DNA from: Patescibacteria group bacterium
GTDB taxonomy: Bacteria; Patescibacteriota; Minisyncoccia; Phycocordibacterales; PALSA-1337
Length of the DNA stretch: 64,000 nt
Direction: 5' to 3'
Assembly: GCA_038065395.1 (NCBI GenBank)
Contig: JBBTRB010000004.1
Location: forward strand, 135,178 to 199,177
The notes under the pieces are model-generated. The model did not search any database, was not told where the DNA came from, and saw only the letters and a program-made list of their open reading frames with translations. Shown here in pieces: positions 26,917 through 35,476 of this stretch (position 1 is the first letter of the stretch; each line of letters starts with the position of its first letter). Made by a program: the position numbers and the translations under genes.

Positions 26917-27291
26917 ATGACTTTCGGGGAACATTTAATGTTGGATGGATACGAGGGTGACTCGGCATTACTAAATGATAAAGATCTTGTGCTCAAGTGC
27001 CTTAATGAGTTACCTGAGCTTTTAGGTATGAAGAAGCTTTCGAATCCTGAAATCTACTGGGCTGCAGGTAATGGTCAAAAAGACCCTGGGGGATGGAGCG
27101 GCTTTGTTGTAATTGAGGAGAGTCATATAAGTATTCATACTTTCCCTGGAAAAAGGTTTGTCAGTGCTGATGTCTATACTTGTCAGAATGGTTTAAATAC
27201 CACATACATCACGGATTATTTTAAGAAAAACTTCTTATTGAGCGACATTGAATCCAATTTTGTTAAGAGGGGAACTAGATATCCTGACTGA
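26917..27291 (+). CDS. speH: S-adenosylmethionine decarboxylase proenzyme (class 1b, SpeH/SpeD-like)
   Basis: Self-cleavage site context EESHISIHTFPG (ES|HISIHTWPE-type). Confidence 0.8.
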   Translation: MTFGEHLMLDGYEGDSALLNDKDLVLKCLNELPELLGMKKLSNPEIYWAAGNGQKDPGGWSGFVVIEESHISIHTFPGKRFVSADVYTCQNGLNTTYITDYFKKNFLLSDIESNFVKRGTRYPD

Positions 27292-27302
27292 ATCTAAGTT
27301 AT

Positions 27303-28235
27303 ATGGAAAATGTACTTATAAAACTCACTGAATTTAGTAATCAGATCGCTGGAAATTATAATCTCGATTTAGAGGTATTTTTTGTAATATATTTAACCTC
27401 ATTTATTCCTTTCTACCTTGGTTATTTTCTGATGATTTTTGGTAGTACAAGGAAACTGAGATTAAAAGATATATTTTCTTTGAACATAAGAAATAAGTTA
27501 AGGTGGAATGATCAATCAAGTTTAGGCTTACTAATCCATCTCTTTGGCAGGATTATGCCTTATGCCTATATAGTATGGTTTGGAAGAAACTTACCTATAT
27601 TGATGCAAGTCCTGGTTTGGGGATCTATAGTATTAAGTATATTTTTTGCAGTCAGAAAATTTTTTGTTGGAAAGTCTAGACCTCCTCTGGATATCGAGAT
27701 TGTCAAAAAAGAGATTATTGATGATCCGAAAGATAAAGAAAAGTTGTGGGAAATATATAATTCAAATTTTGAACACGTAAATAAGATTAGTCCGTGTAAA
27801 CAGAGTTTTGATCACGAGCATTTTATTGAGACGCTCACAAATCACTCAGTTAAGAAGTATCTAATCCTAAAGAAAGGAGGGGGCTTTTTGGGTATAGGCT
27901 TTATAACTTCTGATTTTAAGAATACGCCCTGGATAAGTGAAGATTATTTCAAAACAAATTTTCAATTTGAATACCAGAATAATCTAATGTTTTATTTCAT
28001 GGGTTTGGCGATTAGTTCAGAATTCCAAGGAAGAAAGTATTCAATACCACTACTTGAGTACATAATAGATGATCTTCCACATGGGGCAGTAATGGGATTT
28101 GATCACTCACGAAATATTAATCCACTCCTACACCACTTTACTAGAGTTGTTCGGCAGGCGAAAATAATGAAACGTATGTATCTAGACAGACAACATTACC
28201 ACGTTGTTACAAGAAAAAACTCTCATGATCTTTAA
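27303..28235 (+). CDS. Membrane protein with a C-terminal GNAT-like acyltransferase domain (tentative)
   Basis: 3-4 N-terminal TM helices. C-terminal GLAISSEFQGRKYSIPLLEY resembles GNAT motif A. AT-rich. Confidence 0.45.
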   Translation: MENVLIKLTEFSNQIAGNYNLDLEVFFVIYLTSFIPFYLGYFLMIFGSTRKLRLKDIFSLNIRNKLRWNDQSSLGLLIHLFGRIMPYAYIVWFGRNLPILMQVLVWGSIVLSIFFAVRKFFVGKSRPPLDIEIVKKEIIDDPKDKEKLWEIYNSNFEHVNKISPCKQSFDHEHFIETLTNHSVKKYLILKKGGGFLGIGFITSDFKNTPWISEDYFKTNFQFEYQNNLMFYFMGLAISSEFQGRKYSIPLLEYIIDDLPHGAVMGFDHSRNINPLLHHFTRVVRQAKIMKRMYLDRQHYHVVTRKNSHDL

Positions 28236-29838
28236 TATATTATCAATAATAACTCTGACTCTAACCCTCCTATTAGGCTTGTATGTCTATTCGAATGACA
28301 GGAAAAATAAAATAAATATAGTATTTAGTTTACTTATATTAAGTGCAACCGCTTGGATATTTACGAATCTGATGACGGATCTTTCCAGAGATCTTTATTA
28401 TATTAAGTTGTGGAGTAAGTTGGTTTTAGTGGGACCAGTTTTTATCGGGTATTTCTTTTATCGACTTTCCCTTATCTTGCCGAAAGAAAAGAAACAGGGG
28501 AAAAAAATAAAGTGGACAATACATTTAGCTGTTTTGGTTCTACTGGTCTTAATACCGACTGATCTGAATGTTAGTAGTGTATATTTTTTGGCAAATGATA
28601 TACCTGCAATTACACCAGGACCACTGTATGTATTTTATCTACTGTATCTCATTGGAATTATCGCTCTTGCGTTTAGGAATTTCTTCGAGAATTACCAAAA
28701 GCTAGATAGCCTTTCAAGATTACAAGTTCAGTATATTTCCCTAGGTTTAGGCATATCAGCATGTTTGGGTAGTGTTACAAATATAGTATTTCCAATACTG
28801 GGAAGTTCCGAATTTGTTAATTTTGGTCCATATTTTATATTGATTTTTATATTTTTCACAACATTCGCTATCATTAAATACAAACTCTTCAACGTCCGTG
28901 TCATCGCCACTGAACTCATCATATTCAGCTTGTGGATATTCATCTTCATTCGCGCACTATTGGAAACAGATCTCAAGGAAAAGGTCATCGAGTATGTATT
29001 ACTCCTTATCACCGTGGTGGTCGGCATATTCCTGATCCGCAGTGTGATCAAGGAGATCGCTCAGCGTGAGAAGATCCAGAAGCTTGCCAATGATCTCCAG
29101 GGTGCCAACGACAAGCTCAAAGAGATGGACCGTCAGAAGTCCGAGTTCGTGTCATTCGCCACACATCAGCTTCGTGCGCCACTGACTGCCATGAAAGGGT
29201 ATGCGTCATTGCTCCTGGAAGGCGAGATGGGTGTCATACCTCCCGAGGGCAAGACGGCGATCGGGCGTATCTTCGAGTCGACCAATACGTTGGCGGCGAT
29301 CGTTGATGACTATCTCAATGTCACGCGTATCGAGCTCGGTAGTATCCGCTATACCTTCGACACGATCGACCTCAAGGATCTCATAGAGAACGTGATCGCC
29401 GAACTCAAGCCGAACATCGACAAGGCCACGCAGGTCAAGTTCAGCGTAGCGATCGACAAGCCGACTTCGCACTATCGTGTCACTGCTGACAAAGACAAAC
29501 TCAAACAGGTGATCGCCAACCTGGTCGACAACTCGGTCAAGTACACTCCTCAGGGAACCGTCAAGGTGTCACTGAGCCAAGATCTGACCACCCGTAACTT
29601 TGTATTCAAGATCCAAGATACTGGTATCGGTATATCTGCCGAGATCCTTCCGAAACTCTTCCAGAAATGGTCTCGTGCCAATAACGCCAACAAGACCAAC
29701 ATCAAAGGTACGGGACTGGGCCTCTATGTCGCCAAAGAGATCATCACTGCTCATCATGGCACTATCCGTGTAGAGTCTCCAGGCGAAGGCAAGGGAAGTA
29801 CGTTCACGGTGGAACTTGTACCGGTTGAGAAGGTATAA
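28225..29838 (+). CDS. Sensor histidine kinase (multi-TM sensor, HisKA, HATPase_c)
   Basis: H-box FVSFATHQLRAPLTAMKGY. N/G-boxes DNSVKYT, GTGLGLYVAKEIITAHHGTIRV. The ORF table begins at 28204; 28225 (MIFNIL) is an alternative start. Confidence 0.85.
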   Translation: MIFNILSIITLTLTLLLGLYVYSNDRKNKINIVFSLLILSATAWIFTNLMTDLSRDLYYIKLWSKLVLVGPVFIGYFFYRLSLILPKEKKQGKKIKWTIHLAVLVLLVLIPTDLNVSSVYFLANDIPAITPGPLYVFYLLYLIGIIALAFRNFFENYQKLDSLSRLQVQYISLGLGISACLGSVTNIVFPILGSSEFVNFGPYFILIFIFFTTFAIIKYKLFNVRVIATELIIFSLWIFIFIRALLETDLKEKVIEYVLLLITVVVGIFLIRSVIKEIAQREKIQKLANDLQGANDKLKEMDRQKSEFVSFATHQLRAPLTAMKGYASLLLEGEMGVIPPEGKTAIGRIFESTNTLAAIVDDYLNVTRIELGSIRYTFDTIDLKDLIENVIAELKPNIDKATQVKFSVAIDKPTSHYRVTADKDKLKQVIANLVDNSVKYTPQGTVKVSLSQDLTTRNFVFKIQDTGIGISAEILPKLFQKWSRANNANKTNIKGTGLGLYVAKEIITAHHGTIRVESPGEGKGSTFTVELVPVEKV

Positions 29839-29842
29839 AAAC

Positions 29843-29871
29843 AACCCCATCACGTCAAGCGCGATGGGGTT
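29843..29871 (+). terminator. Hairpin terminator after the histidine kinase (aaccccatc...gatggggtt)
   Basis: Read directly. Confidence 0.6.
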
Positions 29872-29886
29872 GGGAGTTCATCTCCT

Positions 29887-30204
29887 TTAGGGGGAGTGAG
29901 ACTCAGAAGGGACTGCTTTCAGGGTAAAATCCGTATTTCCATCATCCATAACCCTGACAGGAATCTGACGTCCCGAGAGGAGGCCGGGGAACAGTACCGT
30001 AGTGCCCCCGAGAGACATCTCGAGTTGGGTGTCGGTAGTACATCGGCACCCAATGAGTCTCCCTTGGTCGAAGCTCTTCATGAGAAGGGCTATTCCATCT
30101 TGGATGGAGAGGTCTTCATCCACGACTTGGTGTGCAACTCGGGAGAACATGAGTGCGTGGAGTGATGTTTTGACCACTCGACCGTGCGAGGTATTCATTT
30201 TCAT
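29887..30204 (-). CDS. Hypothetical protein (~105 aa)
   Basis: ORF with start MKMNTSHGRVV. No recognised motif. It does not look like a receiver domain. Confidence 0.4.
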   Translation of the reverse strand: MKMNTSHGRVVKTSLHALMFSRVAHQVVDEDLSIQDGIALLMKSFDQGRLIGCRCTTDTQLEMSLGGTTVLFPGLLSGRQIPVRVMDDGNTDFTLKAVPSESHSP

Positions 30205-31142
30205 AATTCTAGGGCTATAAGGTTGGTTTTGGTTACCTGAAAGTGACAAAGATCATTCAGCTCACATTATATCACGTATAACAGTATAGTCAACCCCTCC
30301 GTAATACAGCGCCCACATAGCCCTATCCGTAGGGCCATTGACACAAAAGAACATACCTGTATACTACTCATAGTTAGCGCTAATCAAGATATGCGCTAGA
30401 CCACAGCCACGGTGATGTACATGGTGGGTATCTGTGGGAATTAGTTCATTATAACGTGAAAGGATAGGTATGAATAAGAGTATTAAAAGTGCAACGAGAT
30501 CCTATTGGTGGCTCTCAGCCCTTCTGGGTATGGATAGTGATGATAACGGTTCCCGCAGTTACGAGGATCAACAAAGGGACAAGGAAGACCAGGAGACGCA
30601 GAATGAGAAAGATGATCGTTCTTGGAACTGTAACGGAGATGATTGACTGCATAAGGATGACCTAACACGTCATCCTTTATTTTGTCATAATTCCTCACCC
30701 CATTTTTCCCAAGAAGCATAAAACTGATTGACAACAAAGAGGCAGGGAAGCAAGATTGCGCCTATAGTAGCCCATAGTATAAGACTGAGAATATGAAGTA
30801 TTTTCATATAAAAAGTATTTTGATAAACCCGAACATTTGTAAGATATAAAGATCTATGATTTGTATCGCCAATAACATCGGTATTGCCACAAGAAACTGT
30901 AACAAAGCATGATTCTGTTTTTCTTTAAGATCTTTATCCATATTATTGACCCTCTGCCTTCTTTGCGATACCCATCACAAAATCTCTTATAGCACCAATC
31001 ACCTTATCGACAAGGGTTGATCTTGACCTCTTTTGTTCTTGTGATTTTGTAGCTTCTTTGTTCATAAAAATTGTATATCTATAGTTACCATGATAACATA
31101 ATAAATAGGAAATCATAGTATGCATCAATATACTTAACAATT

Positions 31143-31669
31143 ATGAAAAATGGCAAATACATCCAAAGACTCAAAGTCCTCAATTTGCTCACAGGCAAGG
31201 GCCGTATGCTCGATCTGGGTTGTGGAGATGGCTACGACTCTCTTATTTTCAAAGAGATGGGCTATATCGTCGATGGGGTAGATCGACGCGACTATACGAT
31301 ACCTGAGATCAATTTCACCCGATCAGATATCCGTGATTTTGTGATTGCAAAAGACGCATATTCACTCATTTTCTGTATCATACTCTTCCATTTATACAAG
31401 AAAAAACAGAGGTCAAAGACATGCTCATAAGGATGGCTAACGGATTGGTCTCTGGTGGCGTCATGTACTACACACTCTTTGGTCACAAGGACGCATGGGC
31501 GAACGATCCTACCATGTCGTTTTATGACTTCGCTGAGGCAGACGAGATGGCGCAGGCTCTACCAGGTATCAAGATCATCGAGAATCTCAACGTAGAAGGA
31601 GATGGTCTAACTATGAAAGGTACACCCAAACACTTCGAGATACATCATTTCATAGGGATCAAGGAGTAA
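31143..31669 (+). pseudogene. Class I SAM-dependent methyltransferase interrupted by a -1 frameshift in an A6 run near 31401..31406
   Basis: Motif I LDLGCGDGYDS in frame 1 ends at ...ILFHLYKKK. The downstream frame continues ...TEVKDMLIRMANGLVSGGVMYYTLFG (LkpGG-like post-motif). Adding one A restores a single ~175-aa ORF. Confidence 0.65.
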
Positions 31670-31672
31670 CCA

Positions 31673-32146
31673 CTACCCCTTCAACACCTCATCCACCACC
31701 GCCTTTATATCAGCACCATCGGCTTTGCCGGCGAGTTCCTTGATCAGCATGCCGACGATCTTGCCTGAGCCTTTTGCGTCTACTGTGGTGCCTTGGGCCT
31801 TGAGAGTGTCGATACGGGTACGGACGATAGTGTGGATCTCGGCACGGGACATGAGGGTAGGGAGGAATGACTCGAGGATGCCGAGCTCGGCCTTCTCCTT
31901 TGAGGCAAGGTCGGGACGATTGCCTTTTTCGAATTGTTCGATCGAGTCTTTGCGTTGTTTGGCACTACGTTTGATCAGGGAGAGCACCACTGCGTCAGGG
32001 AGGTATTCGCCGACGGGGGTAGCCTTGCCACTCAAGATCTCATTGGAAAAGAGAGAGGTCAGTCCACGGAGCACTTCGAGTCTGAGGGTGTCTTTGGCAC
32101 GGAGAGACTCTTTGATCTGTTCTTTGATGGTTTGGTGAAGGTTCAT
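31673..32146 (-). CDS. GatB/YqeY-domain protein
   Basis: IKRSAKQRKDSIEQFEKGNRPDLASKEKAELGILESFLP matches the YqeY signature. Confidence 0.8.
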   Translation of the reverse strand: MNLHQTIKEQIKESLRAKDTLRLEVLRGLTSLFSNEILSGKATPVGEYLPDAVVLSLIKRSAKQRKDSIEQFEKGNRPDLASKEKAELGILESFLPTLMSRAEIHTIVRTRIDTLKAQGTTVDAKGSGKIVGMLIKELAGKADGADIKAVVDEVLKG

Positions 32147-32287
32147 AACACTAGTCTACAAGGAAAGAGGGCGATAGGGAAGTTCCCTAATCGCTAACTA
32201 TGGTATACACTGTGCGCTGAAACTTAGTACAACGATACTTCATTCCGAGGTGTCGTTTTTGACAACAACATACTGAAAGATAAGAAA

Positions 32288-35002
32288 ATGAAACATAAGT
32301 TCGTAATGAATGCGGTGTTGGCGGTTGTAATGGCTATGAGTGTTGGTTTGGTCGGTACATTCGGTCAGTTGGTCGAAGGTGGGGAATTAACGGCAGGAGA
32401 AACCCTTGAAAAGATCGTCTCGAATGCACATAAGATCCCTCTGGAATTGTTCCCACCGGGGTATTTGGAGATGTTGCACAACTCAGGTGGCAAATCTCCT
32501 TATCATGACACATCTTTGTCCAAACGAGGTTCGTCTGTCCGTGCTTCGCAGAGCATGCTGTCGAGTTCGCCTTCATTGGACGGTGTCAAATACGTACTCA
32601 CTGATCTGGGTACACTGGGAAGTACTATGGTCGATGTGAAAGCTATTAACAATAAGGGGCAGATTGTGGGCATATCGCAACTATCTGATGGTATAAGTCA
32701 TCGTGCCTTCTTATATGAAGATGGCTACATGAGAGACTTGGGCACATTGGGTGGGAGTTACAGTGCAGCATTCGGTATTAATAATCAGGGAAAGGTCGTG
32801 GGTCATACAGTTACGTCACTGAATCAAGGTGTACCATTCATCTATCACAATAACGTTATGTCTGCTCTCGAAGGATTTGCGAGTCCAGAGAGACATGATG
32901 CTACCGCAATGGATATAAACAATAATGGCGATATTGTCGGATATTATTTCGACCAGGTCGAAAACCACCACATGTTCATCTATAACGATGGACAGATTAC
33001 AGAAACATACGAGTTCATGCAACCTTATGCTATTAACAATAGCAGATACGTTGTAGGGACAAGTGATGGGTATCCTTGTATATACAGAGATGGGGAACTG
33101 GAGATTATCAGCTCTGAGAGCGGATACGCATACGATGTTAATGATGCTGGGATCACTGTAGGTTTCTTGAGGATCAATCCCATCTTACACGAGGCGTTTG
33201 TGTATGAAAATGGATCAATGCTCTATATACCAGCGATCGGCAGTTTTACCCGCACAAAAGCATATGCGATCAATAATCATTCCCATGTAGTAGGTTCGTC
33301 TGGATCCAAGGCGTTCATCTATGCACAAGGACAAACGATAGACCTCAATACTCGTATTATCGGTGCGGGTACCAACTGGATTCTTGCCGAGGCCTACAGC
33401 ATCAACGATCTAGGACAGATCGTAGGTGAAGGAGTAAATCCTTCAGGTGAGAGTCGTGCGTTTCTGTTGAACCCTATCGACCCTCAATTCATCCCCACGA
33501 TGACAAACATGCCCCCTAGTATCGACTATGGTGCACCGTTCGTTCGGGAAACAGGTAAGAGTAATCTTATCTTCGTCACTCATGGAGCGATTCCTGCATG
33601 GGAGGATCCGGAAGATACGGAAGCGTGGCTAGATACCATGACAAGTGCAGTTACTCAATATCTCACAACCAATCATCTAACAAATTGGCAGGTTGTTGGA
33701 TATAAGTGGGTGGAGAAGGCGACATTCCAAGTCATTCCTGGAAGGAGGTTTGGACCTGGATACTCATTGCAAAACGCATATGATGAAGGAGAAATTCTCG
33801 GTAGAATGGTCTCAACTCAAGGCTGGTCTCACATTCACCTGATCGCGTACAGCGCAGGTGCAGGAATAAGTCAGTCAATGACAGAGCAGATCAGGCTGAC
33901 CAGTTCTGTACCGATCCACTCCACATTTCTCGACCCATTTTTAGGGTCTGACTATGAGGGCAAGAAAAGATATGGTAAAGGTGCTGATTGGTCTGATCAC
34001 TACTTTACTTATGACAAGGGAACGGGAGGCAACTTCTATGAAGTGACACAGGGTATATTACCTCACGCATACAACATCGACGTAACACACCTCGACACCA
34101 ACAAAAAGCCTAGTGGCTGGGTCATCTCAACGCCAGATGGTTCGGTTGTTGAATGTATGAAAGTCAAATCATCACATCGCTGGCCAGTTAACTTCTACGT
34201 CAACTCACTATCACCGAGTACTCATACTAACTACAATGGTTTTGGGTTTTCGTTGAGTAAAGAGGGAGGGAATTGGAACTACGCTCTGGCCAACTACGTG
34301 ACTAACAACAACCCGGCACATCAATTGGGTGGAAATAACCCGATATGTCAGGCAGAGTTAACTGCTCTAGGTGAACCAACATATGTGAATCCCGCGATGA
34401 ATGTCTCAGGAACTATCGCATATGTCAGTCCAACAGGGACAATCCAGAAGAGTAATAACTGGTTTGTAGCAACACCCGGTTCACCGGCATGGTTTGCACC
34501 ACTTCTGAACCTTACGAATGAAGTCAATTTTGTATCCTTCGATGCCAGGTATTCTGGTGTCCAAGGGTCACGAAATATCCTCACGGTCTATTGGGATACG
34601 AACATCATCGGTCAGATCGACGAGAAAGTCGTTAGTTCAGAATCTCGTCAATATACATTCGTCTTTCCAAGAACAGAAGGAAGCATACTTCATATGCTAG
34701 GTTTTCGAGTTGATCCATACACCAATGTTCACTCGAGCATTACGGTGAGCAACATTGTCACCGGTCTCTACGGTCCCAGTCAGCCATTTACACTGAGTTC
34801 TACAACCAACACAAGTGGAGGACTCAAAGTATGGCAATTGACTGGACAAGCAGGTTTCGAGTATGAGGTAGAGGTATCTACCAATCTTCTGGATTGGGAA
34901 CATCTCTCCACTCTCATCAACACCAACGGCTCAGTTAGTTTCATCGATCGTGGTTCAACAAACCATGCTTATCGATTCTACAGAGCATTTGTTCCTTATT
35001 GA
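32288..35002 (+). CDS. Large secreted protein: signal peptide, HAF-family extracellular repeats, a lipase/esterase-like alpha/beta-hydrolase segment, and a beta-rich C-terminal domain shared with the next large gene
   Basis: Repeats DLGTLGGSYSAAFGINNQGKVVG-type. LIFVTHGAIPAW and IAYSAGAG (GxSxG-like). C-terminal NFVSFDARYSG...LTVYWDTNIIGQIDEKVV. Confidence 0.6.
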   Translation: MKHKFVMNAVLAVVMAMSVGLVGTFGQLVEGGELTAGETLEKIVSNAHKIPLELFPPGYLEMLHNSGGKSPYHDTSLSKRGSSVRASQSMLSSSPSLDGVKYVLTDLGTLGSTMVDVKAINNKGQIVGISQLSDGISHRAFLYEDGYMRDLGTLGGSYSAAFGINNQGKVVGHTVTSLNQGVPFIYHNNVMSALEGFASPERHDATAMDINNNGDIVGYYFDQVENHHMFIYNDGQITETYEFMQPYAINNSRYVVGTSDGYPCIYRDGELEIISSESGYAYDVNDAGITVGFLRINPILHEAFVYENGSMLYIPAIGSFTRTKAYAINNHSHVVGSSGSKAFIYAQGQTIDLNTRIIGAGTNWILAEAYSINDLGQIVGEGVNPSGESRAFLLNPIDPQFIPTMTNMPPSIDYGAPFVRETGKSNLIFVTHGAIPAWEDPEDTEAWLDTMTSAVTQYLTTNHLTNWQVVGYKWVEKATFQVIPGRRFGPGYSLQNAYDEGEILGRMVSTQGWSHIHLIAYSAGAGISQSMTEQIRLTSSVPIHSTFLDPFLGSDYEGKKRYGKGADWSDHYFTYDKGTGGNFYEVTQGILPHAYNIDVTHLDTNKKPSGWVISTPDGSVVECMKVKSSHRWPVNFYVNSLSPSTHTNYNGFGFSLSKEGGNWNYALANYVTNNNPAHQLGGNNPICQAELTALGEPTYVNPAMNVSGTIAYVSPTGTIQKSNNWFVATPGSPAWFAPLLNLTNEVNFVSFDARYSGVQGSRNILTVYWDTNIIGQIDEKVVSSESRQYTFVFPRTEGSILHMLGFRVDPYTNVHSSITVSNIVTGLYGPSQPFTLSSTTNTSGGLKVWQLTGQAGFEYEVEVSTNLLDWEHLSTLINTNGSVSFIDRGSTNHAYRFYRAFVPY

Positions 35003-35059
35003 GATAGTTCTTTAGGCACAGGGTCTCATCAGTTACATGGTGAGGCTCTTTTTAATACT

Positions 35060-35476
35060 TTAGTAATCTCCCAAAATCATAACCATATACAAAAACCAAG
35101 AATACCAACCTATTCCAGCGGTTCCGATTATCCCTAGAATAATTCCCGCGGGTAGATTTTCTCTAATACTTTTTTTGAGTGAAATAAATACGCCTAAAAT
35201 TAAAAGTACAAATAATACCAGAATTGTGATTATGGTAAAGATGATATGCAGATCGGGATAAGTTTTCAATAGACAAGATTCCGGAATCTTAAAAATGCAG
35301 TATGATTCGAGTTGTCCTATTAGGAATGACCAGAGTCCTGCTGCTGTGTATAGATAAATTGACCAAAGAGTATTTTTATATTTTTTCATCTTCGTATTAT
35401 AACGTGCGAAGATATTAAGCACCAAAACCACGTGTGGATAATCATAGTATCCAGTATCTGATATAATAATCAGCAT
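35060..35476 (-). CDS. Small polytopic membrane protein
   Basis: 138 aa, 3-4 hydrophobic helices. Confidence 0.45.
   Translation of the reverse strand: MLIIISDTGYYDYPHVVLVLNIFARYNTKMKKYKNTLWSIYLYTAAGLWSFLIGQLESYCIFKIPESCLLKTYPDLHIIFTIITILVLFVLLILGVFISLKKSIRENLPAGIILGIIGTAGIGWYSWFLYMVMILGDY

Noticed and set aside
29887-30204. Response-regulator receiver domain downstream of the histidine kinase
   Set aside because: The sequence lacks the N-terminal acidic pocket, the central phospho-acceptor Asp context and the conserved Lys arrangement of REC domains.
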